Source: Macrostomum lignano
Lineage: Eukaryota
Length of the DNA: 64,000 bases
NCBI GenBank assembly: GCA_002269645.1
Contig: NIVC01000905.1
Coordinates: forward strand, 62,001-126,000
Direction of reading: 5' to 3'
This document shows, one piece after another, positions 33,800 through 45,861 of this stretch (positions are counted from its first letter, which is position 1; each line of letters begins with the position of its first letter). The notes under the pieces were generated by a model. That model did no database searches. It saw only the letters and a program-made list of their open reading frames with translations, and was not told the DNA's origin. The position numbers were made by a program, and so were the translations under genes.

Positions 33800-35590
33800 T
33801 CATACCTGGCTGTTGGCCAAATTTGACCGCATCTTGGCAATCAGATCTCTTGACGAACTGGAATAGGTGGGCAGTGGTCCCAACGCCTGACCTCCCGTAC
33901 GTCGAGGCGATCTTGGCGATGCGGCCGGCTGATACCTCGCGGAGCTCAGCCTCCATGCTTCATCAGAATCCGTATCTGCTGCCCTGTCCTCGCTTTCCTC
34001 TTCAATTGTGGCCACCTCTTCAATAGGTCGTCTTTGTAGCTCTCTTCTAGCAGGTGGCTCGACGACTTGAATTGGTGGTTTCTGACTAACTTTGACAGCT
34101 GGAGGCTTCGGTGACGAGTCGTTTGAACTTTTTTTTGTCCCCACTGACTGTTTGGTAGACTCTATTTGCTTTTCTGAACTGCTCTTTGTCATTTTTGAAG
34201 TCTTTGTCACTGATTCTTTGTCTTCTGATGTGACAGTCACGGAAATTTTCGGTCCTTCATCGGCCTTGGGCTTCTCCATTTTAATCAGCTGGCTCGGGTC
34301 TGGCAATGAAGATTTAGTTGAGGCCTCAGTTACCTCTTTCGAAGAGGTGTCGAACTTGGAATCTTCAGTTTTCTTGGAAGTCTCTGCTTCCGCTGACACC
34401 CGTTCAACCGTTGACCCTTTCGTCTTCTTTGGAAGCTCCGTCGGGTCCTGTCCGTCAGTCAACTGTCGGTCCTTCTCTACTGGACTGGGTTCCATTGAAA
34501 TGTCTGAGGTCTTTGTCTCTACTATTGGAGCCTTCTCGGCTGACGATCCTTTGCGCTTCTTCAGCAGCTCAGTCGGATCGGGCAACCCAGATCGTGACGT
34601 TTTAGAAGACTCTGTGTCGACTTGATTCTTTATTGTTATCTCAGAATCGCCTTTTGCGGCTAGATCTACTGGCTTTTCTGCTTTGTTAGTTGCTTCTGCA
34701 GAGGATTGTAAACTCTGTTGCTGAGTTACTTTTTCATCAGCTGGCTTCGAAGGTTCCGTTTTTGACTGCAAACGCTTTTTGAGCATCGCTTCCGGATCAA
34801 GCAAGTCGAATGATGACGGCTTTTGCTGAGTCTGTGATTCTGTGGTGCTGCTCAGTTCTACTTGACCCTTCTTTGGTTGTCCCGAGGGCGGGTTTGGAAA
34901 GTCTCTCTTGCTTCCTTTCTCCGCCGGAAGTGGCGGATCTGGGAAGTCGCTCTTGCTTCCTTTCGCCGCCGGAAGTGGCGGATCTGGGAAGTCGCTCTTG
35001 CCTCCTTTCTCCGCCGGAAGTGGCGGATCTGGGAAGTCGTTCTTGCCTCCTTTCTCCGCCGGAAGTGGCGGATCTGGGAAGTCGCTCTTGCCTCCTTTCG
35101 CCGCCGGAAGTGGCGGATCTGGGAAGTCGCTCTTGCCTCTTTTTGCCGCTGGAAGTGGCGGATCTGGGAAGTCGCTCTTGCCTCCTTTCGCCGCCGGAAG
35201 TGGCGGATCTGGGAAGTCGCTCTTGCCTCTTTTTGCCGCTGGAAGTGGCGGATCTGGGAAGTCGCTCTTGCCTCCTTTCGCCGCCGGAAGTGGCGGATCT
35301 GGGAAGTCGCTCTTGCCTCCTTTCGCCGCTGGAAGTGGAGGATCTGGGAAATCCCTCTTCCCACCTACTGCAGGAAGTGGTGGATCTGGGAAGTCCTTCT
35401 TTCCACTTTTTGATTGTTGCAGCTTCTCTGGATCCGGGAAGTCCTGCTTGGCTTTTGATAGCAGATCGTCAATGTCTAGTTGCGCTGGCGGCTTCTGCTG
35501 TTCCTGTTGTTGCTGTTGCTGCTGCTGTTGTTGTTGTTGTTTCTGCTTCTTTCGCAAAAGGAACAGCTCCGGATCAAGCATATCAGTCAT
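33800..35590 (-). CDS. 596-codon low-complexity exon with polyQ, 11 DFPDPPLP repeats and an S/T/K/E-rich region
   Basis: Long ATG-initiated ORF extending about 350 aa beyond the 45-bp repeat; ends at a CAG|GTATGA donor-like site at 33806. Confidence 0.8.
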   Translation of the reverse strand: MTDMLDPELFLLRKKQKQQQQQQQQQQQQEQQKPPAQLDIDDLLSKAKQDFPDPEKLQQSKSGKKDFPDPPLPAVGGKRDFPDPPLPAAKGGKSDFPDPPLPAAKGGKSDFPDPPLPAAKRGKSDFPDPPLPAAKGGKSDFPDPPLPAAKRGKSDFPDPPLPAAKGGKSDFPDPPLPAEKGGKNDFPDPPLPAEKGGKSDFPDPPLPAAKGSKSDFPDPPLPAEKGSKRDFPNPPSGQPKKGQVELSSTTESQTQQKPSSFDLLDPEAMLKKRLQSKTEPSKPADEKVTQQQSLQSSAEATNKAEKPVDLAAKGDSEITIKNQVDTESSKTSRSGLPDPTELLKKRKGSSAEKAPIVETKTSDISMEPSPVEKDRQLTDGQDPTELPKKTKGSTVERVSAEAETSKKTEDSKFDTSSKEVTEASTKSSLPDPSQLIKMEKPKADEGPKISVTVTSEDKESVTKTSKMTKSSSEKQIESTKQSVGTKKSSNDSSPKPPAVKVSQKPPIQVVEPPARRELQRRPIEEVATIEEESEDRAADTDSDEAWRLSSARYQPAASPRSPRRTGGQALGPLPTYSSSSRDLIAKMRSNLANSQV

Positions 35591-36943
35591 TATTGGATAT
35601 TATTTGAGCTCCTCGCTGAAGACCAAATAATTGCTGTCTTACAAAATTAGAAGGTGTGTATATAAACACAGTTAGGCAACGAAGCGAGGCTTCACTTGAG
35701 CACGGCGAGGGTTCTGCCGTCTGCAGTGCCACCTGACAGCTTCTTTTTTTATGCAGAGCTTAGAAATGCGCGCATAAAGACCGTTGTAGTTGGCCTGCGG
35801 GACGAGACTTATAGAGGCGGGTATATGCAGCACAACTCTCTGTCCCACCTTTTCTCTGCTTTTTCTCTGGCAGGTCTGCTTTTCGATAGGCTTAAGCAGC
35901 GAGCGCATTTCGTCAACTCCATTGTGCCCAGGTTGGCATGAGAAGGCACCGAAGCGAAGGCTTTGTTGACGATGCTTGTGTTTGCCCTTTATACCGTTTT
36001 TCCAGCTCCCGAGCTGCAGATGCAAAATGAATAAACAGAAAGTTGAGAAGCCCCATGAGTGAAGCTTTCCTCTCTGGGACAACAGCTGCTGGCACTAGGG
36101 CTCAAGGCGTCCTCGAACCAGAGTTTCTGGGTTCAATTTACACTGATGAGAACCAAATTATCAAACCATCATTCTCGTCTCTAGCTTCTAGAAAAGCTTT
36201 TTTCAGCATATTTAAAAGCGAAAATTTGGGGTAGCTGGAAGATAGAAGGCCGTTTGACTTACAAATTGTTGTCAGATTGAACTTTTTCGTAACTATGGCT
36301 TATAAAACATCCCCATCTCTGCGAGTTCAGCAATTTTTCTACATTGTGCTCTGACTGTCCCTACTATGCCTACTTATCACCAGTAGTATCGGTGTCTCAC
36401 AATAAACTAAACAATTTATTATCCAGCTAGTGCGTCACCTTCAATGCATATGCTTAGTTCAGTAGTAGCAATTTTCACGCACCTCGAGTATCTCATGGAA
36501 AATAACATGTTGTTCAGTAGCCCACAAGTTGTCACGTGTGTAATTATGCTCATCTGGGACCATTGCTCATTCATTTCCAAAAAACACACTCGTCGCCCTG
36601 GTCACGCGTGTTTCTGTTGCGCGTGTTAATTAAAACGCGGCTTCTGAGCAACTCTCTCTGTCTCTCTCTCTTATTATTTTTGTTCGCTTATCTTCAGGCC
36701 GGCATCGCCAATGTCCGGCAAAAATAATTAAAAGCTATAAGCTAAATTTGCGCTTGTTGGTTAAAGATTTTAAATAGCTTTTTCTCTGAAGCCCCGTGCT
36801 ACTGTTGATCAGCTGCTAATCAATGCTTGACCACCTGTAAGGTAAACTCTTTAATCTCCTCACTTGACCCATAAAATCTAGTACCCTTTCGACTTAATTA
36901 GCTTGATTTCTTTATGTTGTGCCGGGGCGCTGAGCCCTGGCAC

Positions 36944-37945
36944 CAAGGACTACGAGCGTACTTAACAACTCAGGACGCTACACTCGCGAATGGTAGAAAT
37001 TCTAGAAAAGGCCGCTTGCTTTAGCTGTGTCTATGGCAATGAAGCCTTTTCACTAACATTCTTTCATATTCTCAATGCTGGTTCAGACCAGCACTGCTGG
37101 TTTGTAGCAATAATTTGTTTTGTCTAAAATCTTGATAAATAGCAACACTCTTTTTCATCAAAATGCCAATGAAGTGCTGCATCCCTGGATGCAGAAGCAA
37201 TTATAAGAGCGGTGAAAAATGCACTGTTTTTGGCTTTCCAAAGGAAGAAGCTGAAGCTGAGGCATGGCTCCATGCGTTGCCTGTGCAAGTTAAGGTAATT
37301 TATGTAGCCTTTTGAACCTAATTTTTCGTTTCTACTATAAAGATACTTATGTTAACTGAATTGTGATGATCATTCCATTCTATCTGTAGAAGGCTAGCAT
37401 CTACATGGGAGTCTGCAAAAATCACTGGCCTGAAAATGCACCACTGAAACGAATTAACCGCCATACACGCCCCAGCGACCCACCCTCAATCTTTAAAGAT
37501 TTTTCATTGACTTCCCTGCGTCAGACTGTCTCAAGTAAGTATGAATGGTTTGTTTACTTACTAAGTTGTATCAGCCTGTTTCAAATATTTTAGGACGCTC
37601 TAGAGATGCTGGTCGGCGAGGCGTGCTGTTAGTCGACAGAGCTAGGGCCCCTGATGAATTGACTGCCTTCAATGCTGTCGACAGAATTGTCTCATGGGCA
37701 CTATTCATTACGTCAGCTTTCGCAATTCTTATGCTGGGAATATTTGCATATATTTATTGTTTGTATAACTGTAAAAATAATTATTATAGCGCAAAACTTT
37801 TATAATTATCCATCACTTAGTACTTGCTTCTTTATCCAAAAGGCTTATTAAAAACCATAGACACAGCTAAAGCAAGCGGCCTTTTCTAGAATTTCTACTC
37901 GTACCATTCGCGAGTGTAGCGTCCTGAGTTATTAAGTAGTCCTTG
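36944..37945 (+). mobile_element. 1002-bp P-element-like miniature DNA transposon
   Basis: TIRs of about 90 bp (36944-37036, 37855-37945) starting CAAGG; 8-bp TSD CCTGGCAC; encodes a THAP domain. Confidence 0.88.
37163..37805 (+). CDS. 3-exon THAP-domain protein (162 aa) inside the mini-transposon; exons 37163-37294, 37390-37534, 37594-37805
   Basis: MPMKCCIPGCRSNY...VFGFPK...AWLHALPVQVK|KASIYMGVCKNHW...DPPSIF gives the C2CH THAP signature; GT-AG introns of 95 and 59 nt in matching phases (0 and 1). Confidence 0.82.
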
Positions 37946-40900
37946 CCTGGCACACTGTTGTGACTGACGGACTCACTCGCTCTGTATATTGCGTAATTGC
38001 CTACCCCAGTTTTAAGCACGTAAAGGCAAATACTTCGCAAATAAACAAGCTAAGCATTCGGCAATATGACGACACGACAAATGGCGTCGCAAGCAGGTGA
38101 ATTGCCACTAGACAACCCAGCTATGAATGAGGCCTGGCTCCGTAGCTTTGCAGCACTCAGTCGGAGCAAAAAGCTGACAGACAAACCGGAGGACAGGCAA
38201 ATCACCAACTTTCCTGTCAAAGGCAGGAGTGGACGCTAACCGGAGAATCCGCGTAATGGCACGGCCGGGAGAGCTCGAGTCAATGGACTTCAAGGACATA
38301 CGGACCCTCATTATGGAGAAGGTGGCCCCAAAGAAGCGACTTGTAATCGCTGAGCGCTCCAACTTTATGTCAGCCAGCAATTCGCCCAGCGGCTCGCCAC
38401 TGCGAATTCAGCAATCTGAATGCCGTAGACGAATCAGACTGCTGAAGATGAACTCATCCAGACCCTCATGATCAGCGGCCTGCAGAACGTAGAGCAGCGC
38501 ACCAAGACCTTGGAGTTCATCCAGAGCGCTACAGCACAAGTGAGACTGCAGAGCTGCGTGGAGTACATCCAGCAGCTCGAGCTGATCCAGCATTACAGCA
38601 GAACCAGTAAAGCTGCCGAAGCCATCCCAGCAGCGGAGCCAGCCGGCCCAGCCGCCATCGCCAGCATTGACAAAAATCGTCGGGCCGAGAAGTCCTGCAA
38701 CTTCTGCGGCCAGTGGCACCAGAGCGGCCGATGCCCTCCCTGATTGGTGCAAGACATGCGCGAAGTGAGGGCGCCGAAATCACTTCGCCGCCGTGTGCCG
38801 AGGTGGCGCCCAGAACTCAAGGTCAGCACATGAGCTGGAAGCGGAGGAGTTGCCTGACGCATCGGGGCCAGCAACCAGCGGAGTCTTCACGGTCAGCAGC
38901 GCGCACAGCGTGAAAACCAGCAGCATCAAGAATTTGAGGCTGGACAGCAAGCTGCTGGCTATGCAGCTGGACTCTGGATCCGACGCTAGCGTCATCCCGA
39001 GAAACTTTTGAATGGCTTTGGGAGAACCAAAGCTCGAGCGGTGTCCTCGGCAGCTTCGCCAATTCGACGGCTCTGTCAAGACCCTCGGCTGCTTCACGGC
39101 CGTGGTGGAGCTCAGCCACAGAGTCTGCTGCATCGAAGTCACGGTGGCCGCCTGTGAAAAGAGCCATGGATTACTAAGCACGGACGCCCTTGACTTCAAG
39201 CTGGATGGAGTCTCCATCAATCATGCTGAGGAGACTGCACCCCCACTAGGCAAGCTGCGAGGCTTTCAGGTCAGTATCCTACTGAAGAACAATGTGCAGT
39301 CCAGCTACTACGAGGCGCGCCCGGTGCCGATCCACATGAAGCCGCTGGTGATAGACAAGCTGCACAAGATCGTAAAAAGCGGCGTTCTACCAGTAGAGCA
39401 CGTCCCACCTGGAGGAAGCCAGTGGGCGTTGCCCATCGTCGTGGTGCGCAAGCTGAACAACGATCTGCGGCTCTGCTCGGAATATAAAGTCGGCGTCAAC
39501 CCGAAGACCTGTGCGGACTCCTACCCTCTGCCCAACATCTAGTCCGCCTTCTGCGCCCTGGCGGGGATGTCGCACGTTGCTACTGTCGACCTGACCAACG
39601 CATACAACCAAATCGAGCTAGATGAGAGCGCGAGAGAGGTGCTCACCATCAATACGCTGATTGGCCTGCTGCGGTGGACAAGGATGCCCTGTGGAGTCAA
39701 GATGGCCAGCGCCCAGTTTCAAGCAGCCATGGATGCCACCATCGGCGATGCAGTGCCGAACATGGTGATCTACCAGGACGAAATTTGCGTAGGCGCTCCA
39801 TCGGAGGCCCAGCTGGATACAACGGTGGCGCAGCTGCTCAGCATCTTGGAGGCCGGCATGGAGATCAACCCAGGCAAGTGCGCCTTTAGGAGCACCGAGA
39901 TCTCCTTCCTGGGCTACCGCGTCTCCGTAGACGGTGTCCGGCCTGACGCCAAGCTAGTCGAGAAGATTCAGAAGGTTACGCAGCCAACAACTAGGAAGGA
40001 GCTCGAGTCCTTTCTTGGGCTCACCAACTACTACGCACGCTACACCCAGGCCTAATCCGGGAGGGTCGAGCCTTTGACGGCGCTGCGAAGTCGGAAGGTC
40101 AGTTTCGAGTGGGGCCCGGAACAGCAGAAAGCCTTTGACGACCTCAAGAAGGCCCTCGCAGCGTACCGAATCTTTGACCCCAAGAAGCTGACGACCCTGA
40201 CGACCGACGGGAGTAAACTAGCGGTCTCCGGCATTCTCACCCAGGACGGCCACCCGGTGCTGTACCTGTCCAGGCGCCTGACCCTCGCCGAACGCAACTA
40301 TTCGAACATCGAGCGGGAAGCTCTGGCCGTGGTCTGGGCAATCCAGCGTGCGAGGCACTTCCTGCTAGGAAAGAAGTTCCTGCTCCAGTGCGACCATCAG
40401 CCGCTGGAGTTCATCTTCGGCCCCAGCCGGGAGCTGCCTATGGTGACTTCGGCCCGGATCATGCGGTGGGTGATCCAGATGGCCGCGTTCGACTACGACA
40501 TCGCCTACGTCCGGGGCAACACCATTACGAAGCGGCGAATTCATCCACTGGACAGAAACTAACGTGCTAAAGCTGGACAAGATCTCCCGGGCTACGGAAA
40601 ATGACCCGGTTCTGATGAAGATTAAGCACCGAACCCGGCACAATGTTTGGTCCAAGTGCTCGGCAGCAGAGAGACCGTTCAAGGCTGTGCGGCAGTGCCA
40701 GAGATGCGCCGAGATCCGACGGCTGCCAGACCGCTCCCGACACACTTGGCCAGCAGAGGACGCTGCCTGGAAGAGGGTGCACATGGACCACGCGCATGTC
40801 CCTGGAGTCGGCCTAATCCTCGTGGTGGTCGATGCCTTCTCCGGCTGGCCGGAGGCAGTGCCGGTTGCCGACAAGAGCGCTAAGACGGTGGTTCGAGTGC

Positions 40901-41879
40901 TACGAGCGATATTCGCCAGGCAGGGCGTGCCCAACACGCTCGTGACCGACAACGCGCCGGAGTTCCACGACCAGGAGCTGCATGACTGGCTGGAGAGGAT
41001 CGGCTGCGCCCAGCTGTTCACGCCGCCGTACCATCGGCAGTCCAACGGGTGCGCAGAGCGAATGGTGCAGACCGTCAAGCATGGACTTCGGGCGTTTGTT
41101 GCTCACCAAGGACCCTTCGATGCATACCTCGCAAAGCTGCTGTTGAACTACCGCGCGACTCCACGAAGCGATGGCCGGGGCAGCCCGTCAGCGCTGATGA
41201 GCCGTCAGCTGAGAAGCCCCTTGATGCTAACGTTCGAGATAGACGCCCCGGTCATCTACCAAGCCCGTCATGGTACGCCGGCTGAGCATGCCCGGTTCGT
41301 CGTGCAGGCGGGGCACAACACGGCGATCATTACCAAGGGCAAGTTTGACCGGCCCTGCTGGCGCACCGGGACCAACTGCGCATGCTGCCTGCCGCGCCCT
41401 CGACCACAGCAGCCGAGCCTGATCAGGCAGAGGCGGCGGAGGCTGATGGCGAGGCGGCGGAAACCGACTCAGAAGAACCGCAGGCCCTCGAACCGCCTCG
41501 ACACGACCGAGTTGGCGAGCTGGCGGATTCGCCGCCAAGGAGGAGCGAGCGCTGCACCAAGGGCCCCACCTGACCGCCTGGCTCCTCGTTGGTGAAAGGG
41601 GATGTGGTGTCGGGGCGCTGAGCCCTGGCACACTGTTGTGACTGACGGACTCACTCGCTCTGCATATTGCGTAATTGCCACCCCCAGTTTTAAACTCGTG
41701 ACTTCTCTGTCTCGCGCTCTCACTTCTACGTACGTTGTGACTCATTTGTATGCATGCACGTACGCTCATACATGTACGCTTTGTTCCGGTTTTATACCCC
41801 TCGCCTTCGCACTTCACAAATAAACAAGCTAAGCATTTGGCAATTTGATGACACGACACTTTAACATCAAGATATCTCT

Positions 41880-42135
41880 GACCCATATATGTATTATCCT
41901 GACTCATTAACTATAGTACTCTGACCCGTTAACTAGTTCTCTGACCCTTTAGCTAGTTCCCTGACCCATTAACTATAGTACTCTGACCCTTTAACTAGTA
42001 CCTTGACCCATTAACTAGTACCTTGACCCATTAACTAGTACCTTGACCCATTAACTAGTACCTTGACCTATTAAATAGTACCCTGACCCATTAGCTAGTT
42101 CCCTGACCCATTAACTATAGTACTCTGACCCAATA
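41880..42135. repeat. Minisatellite of about 20 bp, CTGACCCATTAACTAGTAC(C)
   Basis: About 12 tandem degenerate units. Confidence 0.85.
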
Positions 42136-42908
42136 GCTAACATGTTTACAACAACTACCTGTAGTACCCAGGTTGAATTAGTCAGACACCTGCGCTTCAT
42201 AGTTATAGCTAAGCGCGTTTCTACCCCTCAGGTGGCTAAGACCTGACTTTGCATATAATTCAGACAAAAGTGCACGAGTCCCAGTATTTGTGCAGTAAAG
42301 TACTACGGTCTGGTCTGTAGAATAATAAAATTGCTACTGGAAAATAGTGTCAGTCTTATCTCAGCCTCCACCTCCTGTTAATAGTTAATCAATTTCGTCA
42401 TGCTCGATACTACGAGATATGAGCATCGAGGCACGAAGCGGTTGCTATAAGGCCTTCGATTAATTGATGCCGCGGTCGACCGGCAAAAACTGCATGAGCA
42501 CAAATTTGTAATAGTCACATCAGTGAGTCAGCGCCTCCCCCCCCCGCTCGTGCCAGTTTCACACGGGAGTAATTATGCATGACGTGCTTGCATTGTGCTT
42601 GCGTCTGACTGAGGCTTGAGAAGCTACGGGAGTAGTCAGCCTAATGAACTCAGTGGTGAAGATGGTGAAGATGTCTGCAGGAAGCCAAGAAAACTGCAAC
42701 TACTTTACCATGACAAAGTTGGAACTAATCTTTTGTGAGCATTCTTTTGTTGCCAACAAGAGTTTAACTTATAGTTCGTGTACATTCTTCCAAAAGAACT
42801 CAAGCGACTCAATTAATTGAAATACACTACTCAACACTCAAATGGATACATACAAAGGCACATGCCCACACAGGATGTACAGCATCGATTAATTTCCATG
42901 CTTGAAGC

Positions 42909-42967
<59 letters not shown>

Positions 42968-42968
42968 G

Positions 42969-43021
<53 letters not shown>

Positions 43022-43024
43022 GCC

Positions 43025-43069
<45 letters not shown>

Positions 43070-43099
43070 GCCTGTCTGTCTGTCTGTCTGTCTGCTTAG

Positions 43100-43158
<59 letters not shown>

Positions 43159-43226
43159 GTGTCTGTCTGTCTGTCTTAGTGTCTTAGTGTCTGTCTGTCT
43201 GTCTGCCTGTCTGTCTGTCTGTCTGC
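42909..43226. repeat. (TGTC)n microsatellite
   Basis: About 78 units. Confidence 0.97.
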
Positions 43227-43929
43227 CCGTCTCTTGCTGAGGCCTTTTGCCGTCCCGCAAAGCTACCCTGCCCTTCTATTGCAGCTGGATGTACTTTTGT
43301 AAAAAGTAAAATGCTCGAGCCATACGAGCTACATGTAATTAACTTACAGATCTGTGCTGAAAAGTTCTCTTGCTTTGAAAAAGAAGACGAACTGTCTAAA
43401 AAAACTTGCGCCCTGAGCAACTGTGAGCAGTTTTTCCCCTACAATAATGAGCTACAAAATTCTCACGAACTTCCATGTGAGGCCCTAGCATCTGCAGCAG
43501 ACGATGAACTCTATAATGGTCTTGAACTTCAGAGTTATATCTAAATAGCTAGCAAATCTTTCCCGATCACTTGACTATCGAATTACAGCAAACTGTGCAT
43601 CCGCAGTAATCGGCAAAGCTCATCACGTGAGCAGATTTGATCAATCAGATGAGATTAAGACCCAGCTAAGTCTCATCGCCTTTGACACAGAGAACCTGCA
43701 GACAAATATAAGATGGTCGATCCGCAGGTGAATCGGACGATTTTGCGAGCAGCTCTCCATTCGAAACTTAATCTGACTAGTTCGAATATCGATTTTCGCA
43801 CCTGCCTGCCTGCCTACAGGGACCCCAGCTCGCAGGGCTCAATGACATCTCGTTGCCTCGCGCTCTGTAAACACGGGGCCAGTGCTAGGAAATAACTTAA
43901 GTTACCTGGAAAGTCCCGAAGAGCGAAGG

Positions 43930-44110
43930 TCATTCGGCCTAGATTTATGTATTCTTATATAGCTGTTAGCAAGGTTAGATACCTGTAAAACTGAGCAAAG
44001 TTACACTTCTAATAAAGAGATAGATTTTTTCCAGAACGTGTTGCGCTTTGCAATGCTCTATTGCCAAGTTTTCAACTTTGGATGCCTTCAGCATAAATAA
44101 AAATATAGAT
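43930..44110 (+). mobile_element. Possible degraded 3' end of a CR1/L2-type LINE
   Basis: FFPERVALCNAL resembles the FFSxRVVxxWNxLP C-terminal motif and is followed by AATAAAA. Confidence 0.35.
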
Positions 44111-45861
44111 CTTCTTTACTTTCTCGGAGTTTTCTGCAGCACCAGTGGGTTTCTAAAGGATTAGTCTCTTAACAAAGCTTTCAGGAAATTAAAAAACTGA
44201 CTCCTACATAGCTTGTTGACCAGTGTCACCTCAGGTGAGAGAACCGGAATTCTCTAAACAGACCGGTTGCGGCTGTAAAAAACTACCCGTGAAGGCCGGA
44301 AGCAAGTTCGAACTCTCCTCCACATTCTTCATCTAATTGAACTCACCTGCCAAGATCTACGTTTTGATCTTTAGTGCCGGGTGATTTACATTCGAGCTGG
44401 GCCTTTATGGCTTTTATCTTAGCACTCTGCAGTCTTCGGTGAAGTCGAGGTTCCTCGGTGATCCGAGGTTTATTTGCAAACTATTCTAAGAAAGGTAAAT
44501 AATAGCTATTCAAAGTTCTACTTACTGCATACTTGTAATCCTGCTAATCAACACAACACATCTTTGTTTCTTTTCTATTTGCTTTTTTCTTTCGTTGTTT
44601 GACGCTACATCTTCACCCATTATCATCAAAAACAACAACAAAAAAGACACCACCCAGAAACGAGACTCATGTTGTCAGTGTGCGTCAGATGGCGGCAGCG
44701 GTGCCTGTGTGTGCATAGTAAGCCTCAGGGGTCCCAGCTCGAGTGGTTCCCTGACAACACGTGGAATCAGGGGCAGCGGCCAAGGGGCCGAGGCCAGAAG
44801 TGCAACTCCGTGAGGCAGCAGCGAAGAGATGGCGAGTGTCGTGACTCACGTCCCCGGGACCTCAAGCTCTGAAGCTCAACCTCTCCTCTCATCGTTGCTA
44901 GCGGGCGCCCGCCAATTAAAGTCGTCGCCGACGCAGGATGTCAGACGAGCGTTGTAGTTGAGCCTCCGTCCGCTCTGCACGCTTCACGCTGTTCAGCAGG
45001 ACGCTCTCGACCACCGGCTGTCGCAGCTGAGCCCTCTGGCGATCGGGCAGCGCTTCGAACTGAAGGACAGCCCGGATATAGATTGGTAGGCCGCGTCCAG
45101 CAGTGAAAGAAGGTGAACGCACTAAGGTCATGATGGCCTGCTGGAGACCCGTGGAGTGTCAGATTGGGCTGCTGCTTCTCAGTTTGGTTGATGGTGAATC
45201 TGAAATAGTACGACAGAATGATAGTTTCGTAGAAAGCCTCATTGGGCCTGATTTTTGGTTCGAATTATTTGATTTTGATGCTGATGAGTATGTCTTTTTA
45301 TTTCTAGAGCTGCCACTGTTTTGTCTCAGCTCTCTGCAAGTCAGAAACACGCCATGCAGTGTTCCAAACCATGAGGTTTGCCTCGACCAAAATAACCGAA
45401 ACGAGTTCACAAAGAAGCGGACTCAAAAACGGACAAGAAACTCTGCTCTAGTTCTAGCTCAGAGCGGTAACGCATCGGGCTCTCGAGGTTAGATTCCTTG
45501 TGTGGCTTTTTTTTCCTTGTGTAATTTTTAGTTCGCACATGGAAAAGTTTCCCTGTTCATTGTTGTTCATTGTAAAGACTGAATAGAGATGAGTATATTT
45601 ATTGCATTCAGTATTGCAAACAACAGACAGGCAGACAGTATGATACTATACTAACACTAACGATCTTTCTTAGAAATGATCAACGAAATGACTCAGGTTA
45701 ATTATTATGACAGAGGCCATGTATTATTTACACTCGGTGCATCAAAGGAAGCAACTGTGGTTGCAGTGGCTATTCAGTGTTGTTGTTCGGATGTGACACA
45801 AACGCTCGAACGCAATATCCGGAAAAGTCATTGACCCAATTCCCTGGCTCAAAGCCGCCAG

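Larger units (their letters stand above)
36915..41858 (+). mobile_element. Older, decayed Ty3/gypsy element (K02A2.6-like); 5' LTR interrupted by a DNA transposon
   Basis: 5' LTR 36915-36943 + 37946-38079, 3' LTR 41603-41858, TSD CTTTA (36910-36914, 41859-41863), PBS TGGCG at 38082, PPT GAAAGGGGA. Gag knuckle CNFCGQWHQSGRC, protease LDSGSDAS, RT (VDLTNAY, YQDE), RNase H (TDGS, NYSNIEREALA) and integrase (TDNA, SNGCAER), broken by stops and frameshifts. Confidence 0.93.

Noticed and set aside
34092-35630. Plus-strand ORFs overlapping the DFPDPP exon
   Set aside because: Antisense shadows of the 45-bp coding repeat.
35672-36234. Possible gene or gypsy integrase remnant (GHNGVDEMRSLLK...QTCQRK)
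   Set aside because: Only a faint resemblance to the integrase zinc-binding motif across frameshifts; cannot be supported without a search.
42817-43187. (VCLS)n Cys-rich ORFs
   Set aside because: (TGTC)n microsatellite.
44916-45410. Candidate 3' exons of the 45862-46917 gene (ELRQNSGSS...SSPI* or ...GGSTTTLV*)
   Set aside because: They look coding, but no convincing phase-matched consensus donor was found; left unassigned.
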